DNA of 36,146 bases, from IMG/VR virus record IMGVR_UViG_3300002461_000279, positions 1 through 36,146 of that record, one strand, 5' to 3'. How positions within the stretch are numbered: the stretch's first letter is position 1; each line of letters opens with the position of its first letter. Shown here in pieces: positions 1 through 7,931 of this stretch. Made by a program: the position numbers and the translations under genes. The notes below the pieces were generated by a model. It had not been told where the DNA came from. It was given only the letters and a program-made list of their open reading frames with translations, and did not search any database. Origin of the DNA: a virus.

Positions 1-94
1 CCGGCACATCGAACTCACCCGACCAGGTCAGAAGATCGCCCACCTGGGGATACTTCTCCGCCGTGCCGCCGCTTGCCGTCAGCCCGGTCGTCAC
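1..94. repeat. Terminal overlap, left copy, identical to 36053-36146
   Basis: Compared by eye base by base: ccggcacatcgaactcacccgaccaggtcag...cagcccggtcgtcac occurs at both ends. Confidence 0.95.
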
Positions 95-781
95 CGCGGC
101 GATCGTCCAGGTGTAGGGACCCGCGCCGCTCTTGCCGGTGATCTCGTGTGATGCGCCGTTCAGCGTGGCCGCTGCGGTGCCTGTGATGCCCGAGAGGTAC
201 ACGCGGCTGCCGATGATCAGCCCGGTGATGTCGGAAGCCGTCGTGAACACGTGTGAGGCGCCTGGCGTATGGCCGCTGATCGCCCGGGAAACATCCGCCA
301 CGAAAGTGATGATGCCGGTCGCCGTGGCGATCGAGATCTGCCCTGCTCCAGCGCCCACGGTTACCGGCGAGGCATTGCGGTACACGACTACACTGCCGGA
401 GACCGGCTTGCTGATATCTCGATCGTGGACCAGCGCCCCAGCCGTGTAGCGCTTCTTCAGCTGATAGGTCGGCACACCGCTGCCGAATCCCGCGCCGAGC
501 ACGCCTTCACTGGCCGTGGCATCGAAGTCGGACACATCACGGAACCGAAAGCCGTTCGCGCGCCCCTCACCTACGGCGTAGAAGAACGCATAGAGCTCCT
601 CGATCTCCTCACGCAGCTTGGCTGCATGCGTGACGTCGTAGCGCCGCCGCGCCTGCGACCACTTTTTGTTGCGGTACTCGCGGCCGCTTTGTGTCGGGAT
701 CACGGTCGTGCGGAACCCAGGCCCGCCGACCGTGCGGTATCCGATGCCATCAGGGAAACGCGGCGATTCGACGAAGCTCAT
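1..781 (-). CDS. Distal tail protein, DUF2460 / RcGTA g12-like, N-terminal 260 codons; continues at 36052..35961
   Basis: ATG at 781-779 overlaps the tape-measure stop (ATGA). My hand translation MSFVESPRFPDGIGYRTVGGPGFRTTVIPTQSGREYRNKKWSQARRRYDV... has no stop down to base 1. Joined to 35961-36052 it totals 873 nt, or 290 aa. This ORF is absent from the supplied track. Confidence 0.85.
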   Translation of the reverse strand, partial: MSFVESPRFPDGIGYRTVGGPGFRTTVIPTQSGREYRNKKWSQARRRYDVTHAAKLREEIEELYAFFYAVGEGRANGFRFRDVSDFDATASEGVLGAGFGSGVPTYQLKKRYTAGALVHDRDISKPVSGSVVVYRNASPVTVGAGAGQISIATATGIITFVADVSRAISGHTPGASHVFTTASDITGLIIGSRVYLSGITGTAAATLNGASHEITGKSGAGPYTWTIAAVTTGLTASGGTAEKYPQVGDLLTWSGEFDVP

Positions 782-2931
782 CCGTTACGCCTCATTGCCG
801 TTTGCACAGCGCGGCCGGCCTGCAACGCGGCCTGCATTACCGTCTCGCGTGATGTGCCTTGCGCAAAGTGTTGATTGATCACCACCGAAGGCGCTCCCCG
901 ACCCAGCCTGTTATTCGGGACCACCGAGCCGCTTGCGCCAGGCACGAAGAGCTCAGGACCACTTTCACCAACGAGGTACGGCATACCCGCGCCGACTGCC
1001 CCGCCCATAGCCCGCGCGCCGATGAACTTTAGGAAGCCATCCACTATCCCGCCCCCGCTACCACCGCCCTTGAACAATCCGCCGAGCGCATTCGTCAACG
1101 GCTCTGTGAGCAGCTTGCGCGTGCCGATGCGAATCAAATCCTGCTCGAGGCCCTTGAAGAAGTTGCCAAACCCTTCCCACTTGACCAGCGCATCCTCGGC
1201 AGCGCTGGCGAATGTCAGCCCAAGCTCCTCGGCCGCAGACTTTGTATCGCCAGTCGCCTTCTGCGTGCTCTGCAGCCGTTCGCGAGCCTGGTCGACTGCC
1301 CGCCCGTAGGTGTCCCAGTCCAGGGAACCAGACTGCAGCAGCTCGCCGAGTCGCTCGAACTCGGTCTTGAACCGCTCCACCGGCGTGCGCGTCTCTTCGA
1401 AGATCTTGGCCGCCGCATTGACGTTGACCGAGCGCGTGATCGTCTCGGATGCCGCCGCGAAGGCCGCGCTGCTGCGCTCCACACCGGCCGCTTCCAGCCG
1501 CAGGAGCTGGATCTGAATCAAGCGCTCCTCGTTCGAGAGGCGCATAAGCCGCGTCTCTTGATCGAGCTCTTGAACATAGTCGGCCACTCCGAGCACCAGC
1601 CCACGACGACGCTCGATCTCGGCCAGGCCGGCTTGCTCATCGCGCTGCCGCGCCTCCGCCAGTTCCTTGCGGAATTCCGTTTCGGTCTGCAGCTGCCGGA
1701 TCAATGGCTCCGCCGAAGCGGCGACCTTCTTCTGCGCCGCCTCCAGCCGCAGCACCGCGAACTCGTCTTGCTCGATCGCCGTCAGCCGCTTGCGTAGAGT
1801 CTCGAGAAAGGCCTGGCCCTGGTCGGCCCCGCCGGCGCCCGCTGTAGGCTTGGAAGGCGGCTGCACACCAGGCGGCCGCGCCGAGCCAGCCGCAGCCGCC
1901 TGCGCTTCTCCATCGAGCTGCTTGCGGAACGTGAGCGTCGTTTGAATCTCTGCCTGCAGCCTCTTAAGCTCGACGACCTCCAGCTGATATCTCCGCTGCA
2001 TCAAAGAGCGAGCCTGCTGGTTCGGCCGCTCCGCATTTGCTCTTGCTTCAGCGACGATTCGCTCTTGCTTCAGCAAGTCATCCGTAAGGCCCACTAGCCG
2101 TCGATCGGAGATCTGTTGATCCGTGCCAACCGTACCGACCTGGATTGCGCGCTGAAGCGCGCCTGGCAATCCTTCCCCTTCACGCTTCGCTTTGATAAAA
2201 GCGTCCACCACCTTATTCAACTGCGGGAGAAGACGCTCGGCCAAAGCAATGCCGGCAGCCCCGCTCAGTGTCGCCAGGCGATCCAGGTTGTCATTGAACT
2301 CAGCTGCACGCGCCGCGAACTCCGGCCCGATCAGCGCGCCGTACTCCTCAAGCTCCTTGCGCTGATCGGCTAGCCCCCGACTACCGATCGCGAGCAGCTG
2401 CGCCATCTTCTCGTTGCGAGAGCCGAAAATGTCGGACGCCAATGCGGATCGGCCTGCACCCTCGGCGTACTTCTCGAACTGGTCGAAGACCTTTCGCAGC
2501 AGCCCTTCGCTGTCGCTCAGCCCGGCTTGCACATCTTGCTGGCTCAGCCCGAGCCGCTCGAACGAAGAAAGCGCCTCTTTGTTGCCGCCCGCCGCATCCG
2601 CCACGCGCGAGTTGTAGAACCGCAAGGATGTCTGCAGCTCGTCGAAACTGACGCCGGCGAACTGGGCAGCGAACCGCAACACCGACAGGCTATCGACCGC
2701 GATACCGGTACGCTGCGCCAGATCGTCCAGCTGGTCGGCCAGGTCGATCGCACCCTTCGCCTGTGCCGAGAAGATTGCCGCAGAGGCACCAACGCCCAGA
2801 GTAGCAAGCGCACCACGGAAGGCCACTACCGAACGCGAGGCACGATCTATATCGTCACGCACCGCACCGATTGCCGCACTGGCGCGGTTCTGAGCAGTGA
2901 GGAGGAACCTGGTTTCGACGGTCTCAGCCAC
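778..2931 (-). CDS. Tail tape measure protein
   Basis: 717 aa, long helical Ala/Gln/Glu/Arg-rich protein with a Gly-rich C-terminus. It sits between the chaperones and the distal tail genes. GTG start at 2931. Confidence 0.85.
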   Translation of the reverse strand: MAETVETRFLLTAQNRASAAIGAVRDDIDRASRSVVAFRGALATLGVGASAAIFSAQAKGAIDLADQLDDLAQRTGIAVDSLSVLRFAAQFAGVSFDELQTSLRFYNSRVADAAGGNKEALSSFERLGLSQQDVQAGLSDSEGLLRKVFDQFEKYAEGAGRSALASDIFGSRNEKMAQLLAIGSRGLADQRKELEEYGALIGPEFAARAAEFNDNLDRLATLSGAAGIALAERLLPQLNKVVDAFIKAKREGEGLPGALQRAIQVGTVGTDQQISDRRLVGLTDDLLKQERIVAEARANAERPNQQARSLMQRRYQLEVVELKRLQAEIQTTLTFRKQLDGEAQAAAAGSARPPGVQPPSKPTAGAGGADQGQAFLETLRKRLTAIEQDEFAVLRLEAAQKKVAASAEPLIRQLQTETEFRKELAEARQRDEQAGLAEIERRRGLVLGVADYVQELDQETRLMRLSNEERLIQIQLLRLEAAGVERSSAAFAAASETITRSVNVNAAAKIFEETRTPVERFKTEFERLGELLQSGSLDWDTYGRAVDQARERLQSTQKATGDTKSAAEELGLTFASAAEDALVKWEGFGNFFKGLEQDLIRIGTRKLLTEPLTNALGGLFKGGGSGGGIVDGFLKFIGARAMGGAVGAGMPYLVGESGPELFVPGASGSVVPNNRLGRGAPSVVINQHFAQGTSRETVMQAALQAGRAVQTAMRRNG

Positions 2932-3514
2932 CCGATGATCTCCCTGCGCGGAATCTCAACTCGCGCGCCAGCTCTTCGTTGAACCGCCGAGCAGCCACTC
3001 GGCGCAAGATCTCGCTTATCTTGCGGTTGACCAGCCCGCTAGGGATAGACACGGAGAACAGCTCTTTCATGGTCGGCCGGCCATAGGGACGATTTGCCGA
3101 CGTCCTTTGAAATATGCCGACATGCCCTGTGCGCAGCTCCGCGACGAACGGCTTTCCCGGCAGATTCGGGTTTCCCTTCACCTGCCTGCGCGCCCCGCCT
3201 CGCAACACCTTTACCGTCACATTTCCCTTCTTGCCCTTGTTCGCCCCGAACGCAGACAGAGCCAAGCGGCGATCCTTGGCGTACACGAGCGCCTCGAGCC
3301 TGCCTGACGAGGCCTGCCGTATCTGGATGATCTTGTTCACGCGCGACGCCGCGACATTCCAGCGCTTTCGGATCTCCTTGCGAGCATCCGCGCGCACCGT
3401 CGTCGCCGCGCGATTGAGCGCCCTTGCAGTCGCTCGACCCTTCACCGCCGCGTCCAGGCTGTCGACGGCGCGCAGAGCTACGCTCAAGTCACCGCGGAGG
3501 TCGACCGTGATCAC
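2924..3514 (-). CDS. Minor tail protein, lambda gpZ-like family
   Basis: GTG at 3514 overlaps the upstream stop (GTGA). VITVDLRGDLSVALRAVDSL...RKEIRKRWNV... resembles prophage minor tail protein Z. The track ORF 2924-3646 is an N-terminal over-extension. Confidence 0.55.
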   Translation of the reverse strand: MITVDLRGDLSVALRAVDSLDAAVKGRATARALNRAATTVRADARKEIRKRWNVAASRVNKIIQIRQASSGRLEALVYAKDRRLALSAFGANKGKKGNVTVKVLRGGARRQVKGNPNLPGKPFVAELRTGHVGIFQRTSANRPYGRPTMKELFSVSIPSGLVNRKISEILRRVAARRFNEELARELRFRAGRSSGG

Positions 3515-3738
3515 TGCTGCGATCTCCTGATCTCGTATTCGTGCCGGGCCAGTAGGGCATCGAGCAAGCGCTCGACATCGGTGACACCATGAAACTCGAC
3601 GAGCAGCGGAAGCGCTGTCCAATCGATACCGCCTGTGACACCCCATATCCTCATCGCGAGCTCATTGGACGCATTGAGCGTGGCTGGCTTGAGATTCTTG
3701 GCGCGCGCTCGCAACGCACTGCGCTCAAGCCAGACCAT
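3511..3738 (-). CDS. Tail assembly chaperone, gpT-like segment in the -1 frame, expressed as a G-T fusion
   Basis: This ORF is in the -1 frame relative to 3738-4088 and begins immediately after the AAAAAAC slip site. Confidence 0.7.
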   Translation of the reverse strand: MVWLERSALRARAKNLKPATLNASNELAMRIWGVTGGIDWTALPLLVEFHGVTDVERLLDALLARHEYEIRRSQQ

Positions 3739-4088
3739 CAGTTTTTTCGGTCGGTCTTCTGCCGATCAGCGTGCTCGAGATAGGCTTCCATGATCTTGTC
3801 GCCGATCGCCTTGTAGACGTCCGGCTGATCGACCACCCACTCCTCCCACACTGCGCGATCGAACTCGACGGGCGTCTCGTCTTCGCCGCCGACCAGGTCG
3901 AGCATGCGAAGGCCTTCCCATCCCGAGACGAATCGAATCGCCATTGCGCCGGACGTGGCGCGCTCGCGATACAGCTCTCCCGCCTCGATGTCGGTCGGCC
4001 GGCGGGCGTGAAACATCCACCGACCCACCGGCACTTTGATCGAGCGCTGCTGACGGATGCGCTCGACCAGGCTGCTCGCGTCGCTCAC
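3738..4088 (-). CDS. Tail assembly chaperone, gpG-like
   Basis: 116 aa, acidic, directly between the major tail and tape measure genes. GTG at 4088 overlaps the major tail stop (GTGA). It ends at the slippery site. Confidence 0.75.
   Translation of the reverse strand: MSDASSLVERIRQQRSIKVPVGRWMFHARRPTDIEAGELYRERATSGAMAIRFVSGWEGLRMLDLVGGEDETPVEFDRAVWEEWVVDQPDVYKAIGDKIMEAYLEHADRQKTDRKN
3741..3747 (-). promoter_or_regulatory. Programmed -1 ribosomal frameshift heptamer A_AAA_AAC
   Basis: Minus strand reads CGA AAA AAC TGA in the G frame. A -1 slip gives AAA AAA CTG ATG GTC..., which is the frame of ORF 3511-3738. Confidence 0.75.
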
Positions 4089-4720
4089 AGGTACTGCTCT
4101 TCGGCTGCCAAGGTGAGGTTCACCTGGCCGGTGGCAATCGCGCCCACCTGGCCATCGAGGCCCCGACCGCCAGCGACGTAGCAGTTCATCAACAGGATCG
4201 TGTCATCCTGCAGCGTGATTCGGAATCCGCGCGTCGCCTTGGCCTTGGATGCCGCACGCACGTTGACGATCGCGACATCTTTCGGATCGGACTGCACATT
4301 GAGTGTGGCTACCAGCGCGTCGTCGAGGCCGAAGATTTCCTTTTTGAACGTGAGATTGACCGTGGTCGCGTCCTTGCGATTCGGCTGCGGCTCAGGGATC
4401 GAGATCCCGGTCACGTTGGCGAACGTATCGAACGCCGTAATCGGCGTGAATGTGCCCGAAACGAATGTGGTGAAGTTCGTGGTGTCGATGCCCTCGAGCG
4501 CGAACGTATTGGTGGCCACGGATGCGATTCGTACCATCCGCTGGTTGAGCTCGATCATCCCCGTCACGGACAGAATGCCGACGGCGCCGTTGCTCAAGCC
4601 GTGGGCTGTTGCCGTGGCAACACCGGGAGACGCCTTCGTGATCCCGGTAATGGTGATCGCGCTTCCCAGCGTTTTTTGAATCTCGACAGTCGTGTCGAGC
4701 ATGAGAATCGGTGCGGGCAT
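4085..4720 (-). CDS. Major tail (tube) protein with an inserted FCCH-like beta-barrel domain
   Basis: 211 aa, located upstream of the chaperones. ITGITKASPGVATATAHGLSNGAVGILSVTGMIELNQRMVRIASV..TFALEGIDTT matches the module often annotated E1 FCCH-like in phage tail proteins. Confidence 0.75.
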   Translation of the reverse strand: MPAPILMLDTTVEIQKTLGSAITITGITKASPGVATATAHGLSNGAVGILSVTGMIELNQRMVRIASVATNTFALEGIDTTNFTTFVSGTFTPITAFDTFANVTGISIPEPQPNRKDATTVNLTFKKEIFGLDDALVATLNVQSDPKDVAIVNVRAASKAKATRGFRITLQDDTILLMNCYVAGGRGLDGQVGAIATGQVNLTLAAEEQYL

Positions 4721-4732
4721 GATCAGATCTCC

Positions 4733-5185
4733 TTAAGCGAGCGGCACATCGACCGCGTTATTCATTACGTAAACATCGGCCGACAGGCCGAGCGTGGCCC
4801 GCACAATCGGCTGCTCCGCGTCCGCGACACGCTCCCAGCTGACTTCGGTCAGGCGCAGGTTTCTCGCCTTGCCGCCGGCCGTCGGGATTGCGGCGATGAC
4901 GTGCTCGACTTGTTGCAGCAGCAGATAGGCATTGGTGTCGTAGGCATCCAGCGCTTTCACGTGCACGGCGACGTCTATTTGGATGACGCGATGCTGCTGA
5001 TGCGGCGCTCGAGCGGTGAGCTGCTCGATCTGCTCATCCCCGCCGTTGACAGTGACCGCGGGCAGATCCGCTTGCGGCACGGGTGTGATCCGACCCACGT
5101 ACACACGAGATCCCGCTGCCGTCGCTCCGGCCACGATCGCAGCCCCGATCGCGTCGATGACCTGCTTTGCGATATGCGCGGCCAT
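4733..5185 (-). CDS. Tail terminator or tail completion protein (position-based call)
   Basis: 150 aa from ATG 5185, immediately upstream of the major tail gene. The track ORF to 5230 is over-extended. Confidence 0.5.
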   Translation of the reverse strand: MAAHIAKQVIDAIGAAIVAGATAAGSRVYVGRITPVPQADLPAVTVNGGDEQIEQLTARAPHQQHRVIQIDVAVHVKALDAYDTNAYLLLQQVEHVIAAIPTAGGKARNLRLTEVSWERVADAEQPIVRATLGLSADVYVMNNAVDVPLA

Positions 5186-5189
5186 GGCA

Positions 5190-5465
5190 TCAAGTCCGGT
5201 GCAGCCGCAGCACAGTAACGCCGCTGCCATCGGGCTCGATCGCTGCTACCCGGTATGTCACCGAGTTGATGAGCATCGTCGAGGTCAACGTGGCAGTCGC
5301 GACGTCTGCACTGCGACAAGTCGCCGACGGCAATACACTCGCCACCCCCAAAGAATCCGCGAACGGCGCATCGAACAGCACCGGGAAGGGCGTGCCGCCG
5401 TTGAGGGACGCTTCAACGGTGAAGTCGTCGGCGGAGTTGAAGAAGGCGGTGAGGTCGTTTGGCAT
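5190..5465 (-). CDS. Head-tail joining / head completion protein
   Basis: 91 aa, MPNDLTAFFNSADDFTVEASLNG...PDGSGVTVLRL. Size, position and pattern fit small head-tail attachment proteins. Confidence 0.5.
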   Translation of the reverse strand: MPNDLTAFFNSADDFTVEASLNGGTPFPVLFDAPFADSLGVASVLPSATCRSADVATATLTSTMLINSVTYRVAAIEPDGSGVTVLRLHRT

Positions 5466-7057
5466 TAGGTCGTCGTGCTTTTTACTTGCGTGGTGCCGAC
5501 GCCTGCCATCGTGATGTTGCCGTGATCGTGGTCAGGCGTGAATGACAAAAACATTCCGCCGCAGTTGTCGATAAAGTTGCCCCCGACAATAGCGCCGTAT
5601 ACGTTTCCAGCGATGCCAGCACCGTCGATGAAGTAGGTGTACTCCGCTTGCGTAGGGTCGCTCCAACTACCTCGCCCAATGTTTCCCTGGATCACCAAGC
5701 CACGTATGGACGCACCAGCCGCCACATCAATGTCAATGTACGGGTAGGTGTCATCGGGCACAGAGTCGTTCTGAAAGCCGATATTCCCGACAATGTTCAG
5801 TCCGCGTAGAATCGACGTGCCGGTCACTGCCACTCGAATGTGCGGCCCATAACTCACGTCCATTTTGTTTCCGATAACCGCTACAGAGCCCGCAACCGCA
5901 GCCAAAGATTGCGAAATCAATATGGCACCACCTAGCATGGTGGACGCGGTGGCGTCCTTCCATATGTGGTTGCCCATAATGAGCGTGTCATCGCTACTGT
6001 TTGTTCTCACACCAAAGAACCCGTTTCCGGCTCCTGTCACGATGTTTGAAATAAACCGAACGTCACCCTCCAGTTCGCACACATGATTCTGGTTTGATCC
6101 GATGAAACAGTTGTTTTGTGCCACCCCGGTTGGCCCGGATTGATACACTACCCCCTGTCCACGAATTATGGTGCAGTTATAGACGTGGTTTGTACGCGAA
6201 CCACCGGGTAGGCCGGAAGCGTCAAGGTTCCTGTTTGATAGGTTCATACAGTCAAGAACCATGCTTCTTAGCGTTGCGCCTTGTGGGTTGGTGAAGCTGG
6301 TGTCACCCATAGTCCACATCGAGGATGGCGTTTGCGCTGTGATGTTCCGCATCAACACCAAGCAACTTCCGCGGTGCCGAAAATCTTTTGCCTTACCGCC
6401 AGAAGGATAGTGCGCTGACCCCTCGACAGTCGTTCCGGTTGGCTGTCGATGTGAAGTCGTCGTGCAAGTAATTCCTACGGGGAATCGTACGGTGCCATTC
6501 GCGACTTTTGCCGCCGCTAGCGCTGCAGTGATCGCCGCAGAGTCGTCAGTCCCATACACGAAGGTCGCGCCTGTAATTGCGCCAGGCGTGCCACTCAAAG
6601 AGGTTGTGCATACGGTTGCGCTCGTAACGTTGGTGATCGTGCCCCATCGAGACGTCATGCCCGTGTCGTTGTACGGCACTATTGCGCACGATTTTCCAAT
6701 GTCCGAAGCTCGGAACGATGCGCTTGCAGATGTGATCGTCGAAGTGGCCGAGTCGGTAGCCGTCGCGTCATACACGGCCAGACCATCACATTTAGCGCCG
6801 AACGCGCGAACATCGAAAGCGCCCGCAAGCATGATCGGTCGCCCGTTCGATCCGATCATGCCTATGATGTTGCCCGCAGCATCTAGCGCATACTCTGCGC
6901 GCCCAATCGGGAGCGCAGAGAACGCCTCATATGAAAGCGATTCCGCTATGCCGTACGAGACCCATTCCGCCTCGATGCCTGCGGATCTGGTGAGAACGGT
7001 TCCGGCCGCCTGCTCTACCCCATCGACGAGAACAGCTTTTAGTAGTCGCACAGTCAT
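5465..7057 (-). CDS. Right-handed beta-helix protein, pectate-lyase-3 / tailspike-depolymerase-like
   Basis: 530 aa from ATG 7057 (SD AGGGG). It carries FGAKCDG...DDSAAITAALAAA..NGTVRFPVG, then Asn/Gly/Ile-rich repeats (IVGNIGF, VIQGNIGRG, IVGGNFIDN). The DNA is visibly AT-richer than its neighbours. Confidence 0.7.
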   Translation of the reverse strand: MTVRLLKAVLVDGVEQAAGTVLTRSAGIEAEWVSYGIAESLSYEAFSALPIGRAEYALDAAGNIIGMIGSNGRPIMLAGAFDVRAFGAKCDGLAVYDATATDSATSTITSASASFRASDIGKSCAIVPYNDTGMTSRWGTITNVTSATVCTTSLSGTPGAITGATFVYGTDDSAAITAALAAAKVANGTVRFPVGITCTTTSHRQPTGTTVEGSAHYPSGGKAKDFRHRGSCLVLMRNITAQTPSSMWTMGDTSFTNPQGATLRSMVLDCMNLSNRNLDASGLPGGSRTNHVYNCTIIRGQGVVYQSGPTGVAQNNCFIGSNQNHVCELEGDVRFISNIVTGAGNGFFGVRTNSSDDTLIMGNHIWKDATASTMLGGAILISQSLAAVAGSVAVIGNKMDVSYGPHIRVAVTGTSILRGLNIVGNIGFQNDSVPDDTYPYIDIDVAAGASIRGLVIQGNIGRGSWSDPTQAEYTYFIDGAGIAGNVYGAIVGGNFIDNCGGMFLSFTPDHDHGNITMAGVGTTQVKSTTT

Positions 7058-7071
7058 AGCGGAGCCCCTGC

Positions 7072-7458
7072 TTACACGTACTTCGGATGAGCCAGCATCG
7101 ACACAGCCACGAGCGCAGCGCCGGTGACGACAGTGCCGACAACGCGAACGAAGCCCCGCACCGCGCTGGCCGGGATCACGCATTTCTGCACGAGCGGATC
7201 ATTCGAGGTCGTCACCGCCGTAAGCGCGCCGCCGGTCGGCACGATGGCCTCGCCGCCTGTGCCCGAGTTGTCGGTGGCGTGCTCGAACGTCCACGTGATC
7301 GAGCCCGCCGCGACAGCGCCGGTGTAGACGGTGAAGCACAGATCGCCTTCGTACTTGCGGCAATCGATCCATGCACTGGTAGCCGCGGCCGTGTTGGCTG
7401 CAGACTGCGGCGCAAGGAAAGCCACTACCTCGCACGCCTGCCCTTGATTTCCCAGCAT
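7072..7458 (-). CDS. Hypothetical head-associated protein
   Basis: 128 aa, same strand, in the head module downstream of the capsid gene. No family recognised. Confidence 0.55.
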   Translation of the reverse strand: MLGNQGQACEVVAFLAPQSAANTAAATSAWIDCRKYEGDLCFTVYTGAVAAGSITWTFEHATDNSGTGGEAIVPTGGALTAVTTSNDPLVQKCVIPASAVRGFVRVVGTVVTGAALVAVSMLAHPKYV

Positions 7459-7502
7459 TTCAGTCCCCTTTACGTTTGCGTTAGCGAACCCGGCGCCGCC
7501 GG

Positions 7503-7862
7503 TTACTTCCTACCGGCGAGCAGCGCTTCGAGCGCTTTGCTTTGCGTCTGCACTGCGGCCTGCAGCGCCACCACGGCATCCGTCAGCGCCGCCACCTGTG
7601 CTGCTTGAGGGTTCGCCTGCGGGTGTTTCTTCCGCTCCGGAATCCACGGGCCTGCAGCACGCTTCTTTTCCGTGCTCGGCTCGACCATCACGGCCTTCTG
7701 TCCGTAGCGGAGCGTCATTGCCAGCTCGCGCGAGACGTCCACGATATCGCCGGGAGCAACCACGCCCCACTGGCCATCCACCTGTCCGCGAAACCCTTTC
7801 AACGCGCGCATCCGGATGATCTCCGGCAGCGCGTTGCCCTGCATGTTTTGTACGCCATTCAT
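7503..7862 (-). CDS. Hypothetical head-associated protein
   Basis: 119 aa, directly downstream of the capsid gene. The C-terminus is coiled-coil-like (AAQVAALTDAVVALQAAVQTQSKALEALL). Confidence 0.55.
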   Translation of the reverse strand: MNGVQNMQGNALPEIIRMRALKGFRGQVDGQWGVVAPGDIVDVSRELAMTLRYGQKAVMVEPSTEKKRAAGPWIPERKKHPQANPQAAQVAALTDAVVALQAAVQTQSKALEALLAGRK

Positions 7863-7888
7863 CTGACTGCTCCTGTTGGTTTACCAGC

Positions 7889-7909
7889 CGCCGGCCACTT
7901 GGGCCGGCG
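7889..7909 (-). other. GC-rich stem-loop just after the capsid gene stop
   Basis: cgccggcc-acttg-ggccggcg forms an 8-bp perfect stem. No U-tract follows, so it is not a canonical terminator. It may be an mRNA stabiliser or attenuator. Confidence 0.35.
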
Positions 7910-7931
7910 AGGGTGATGCGCCGCCGCCGGC

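Noticed and set aside
1-94. Considered a biological direct terminal repeat or LTR-like element.
   Set aside because: The repeat falls in the middle of an intact tail gene ORF. The terminase is the Nu1/gpA cos type, which does not generate terminal redundancy. An assembly overlap of a circular molecule is the simpler explanation.
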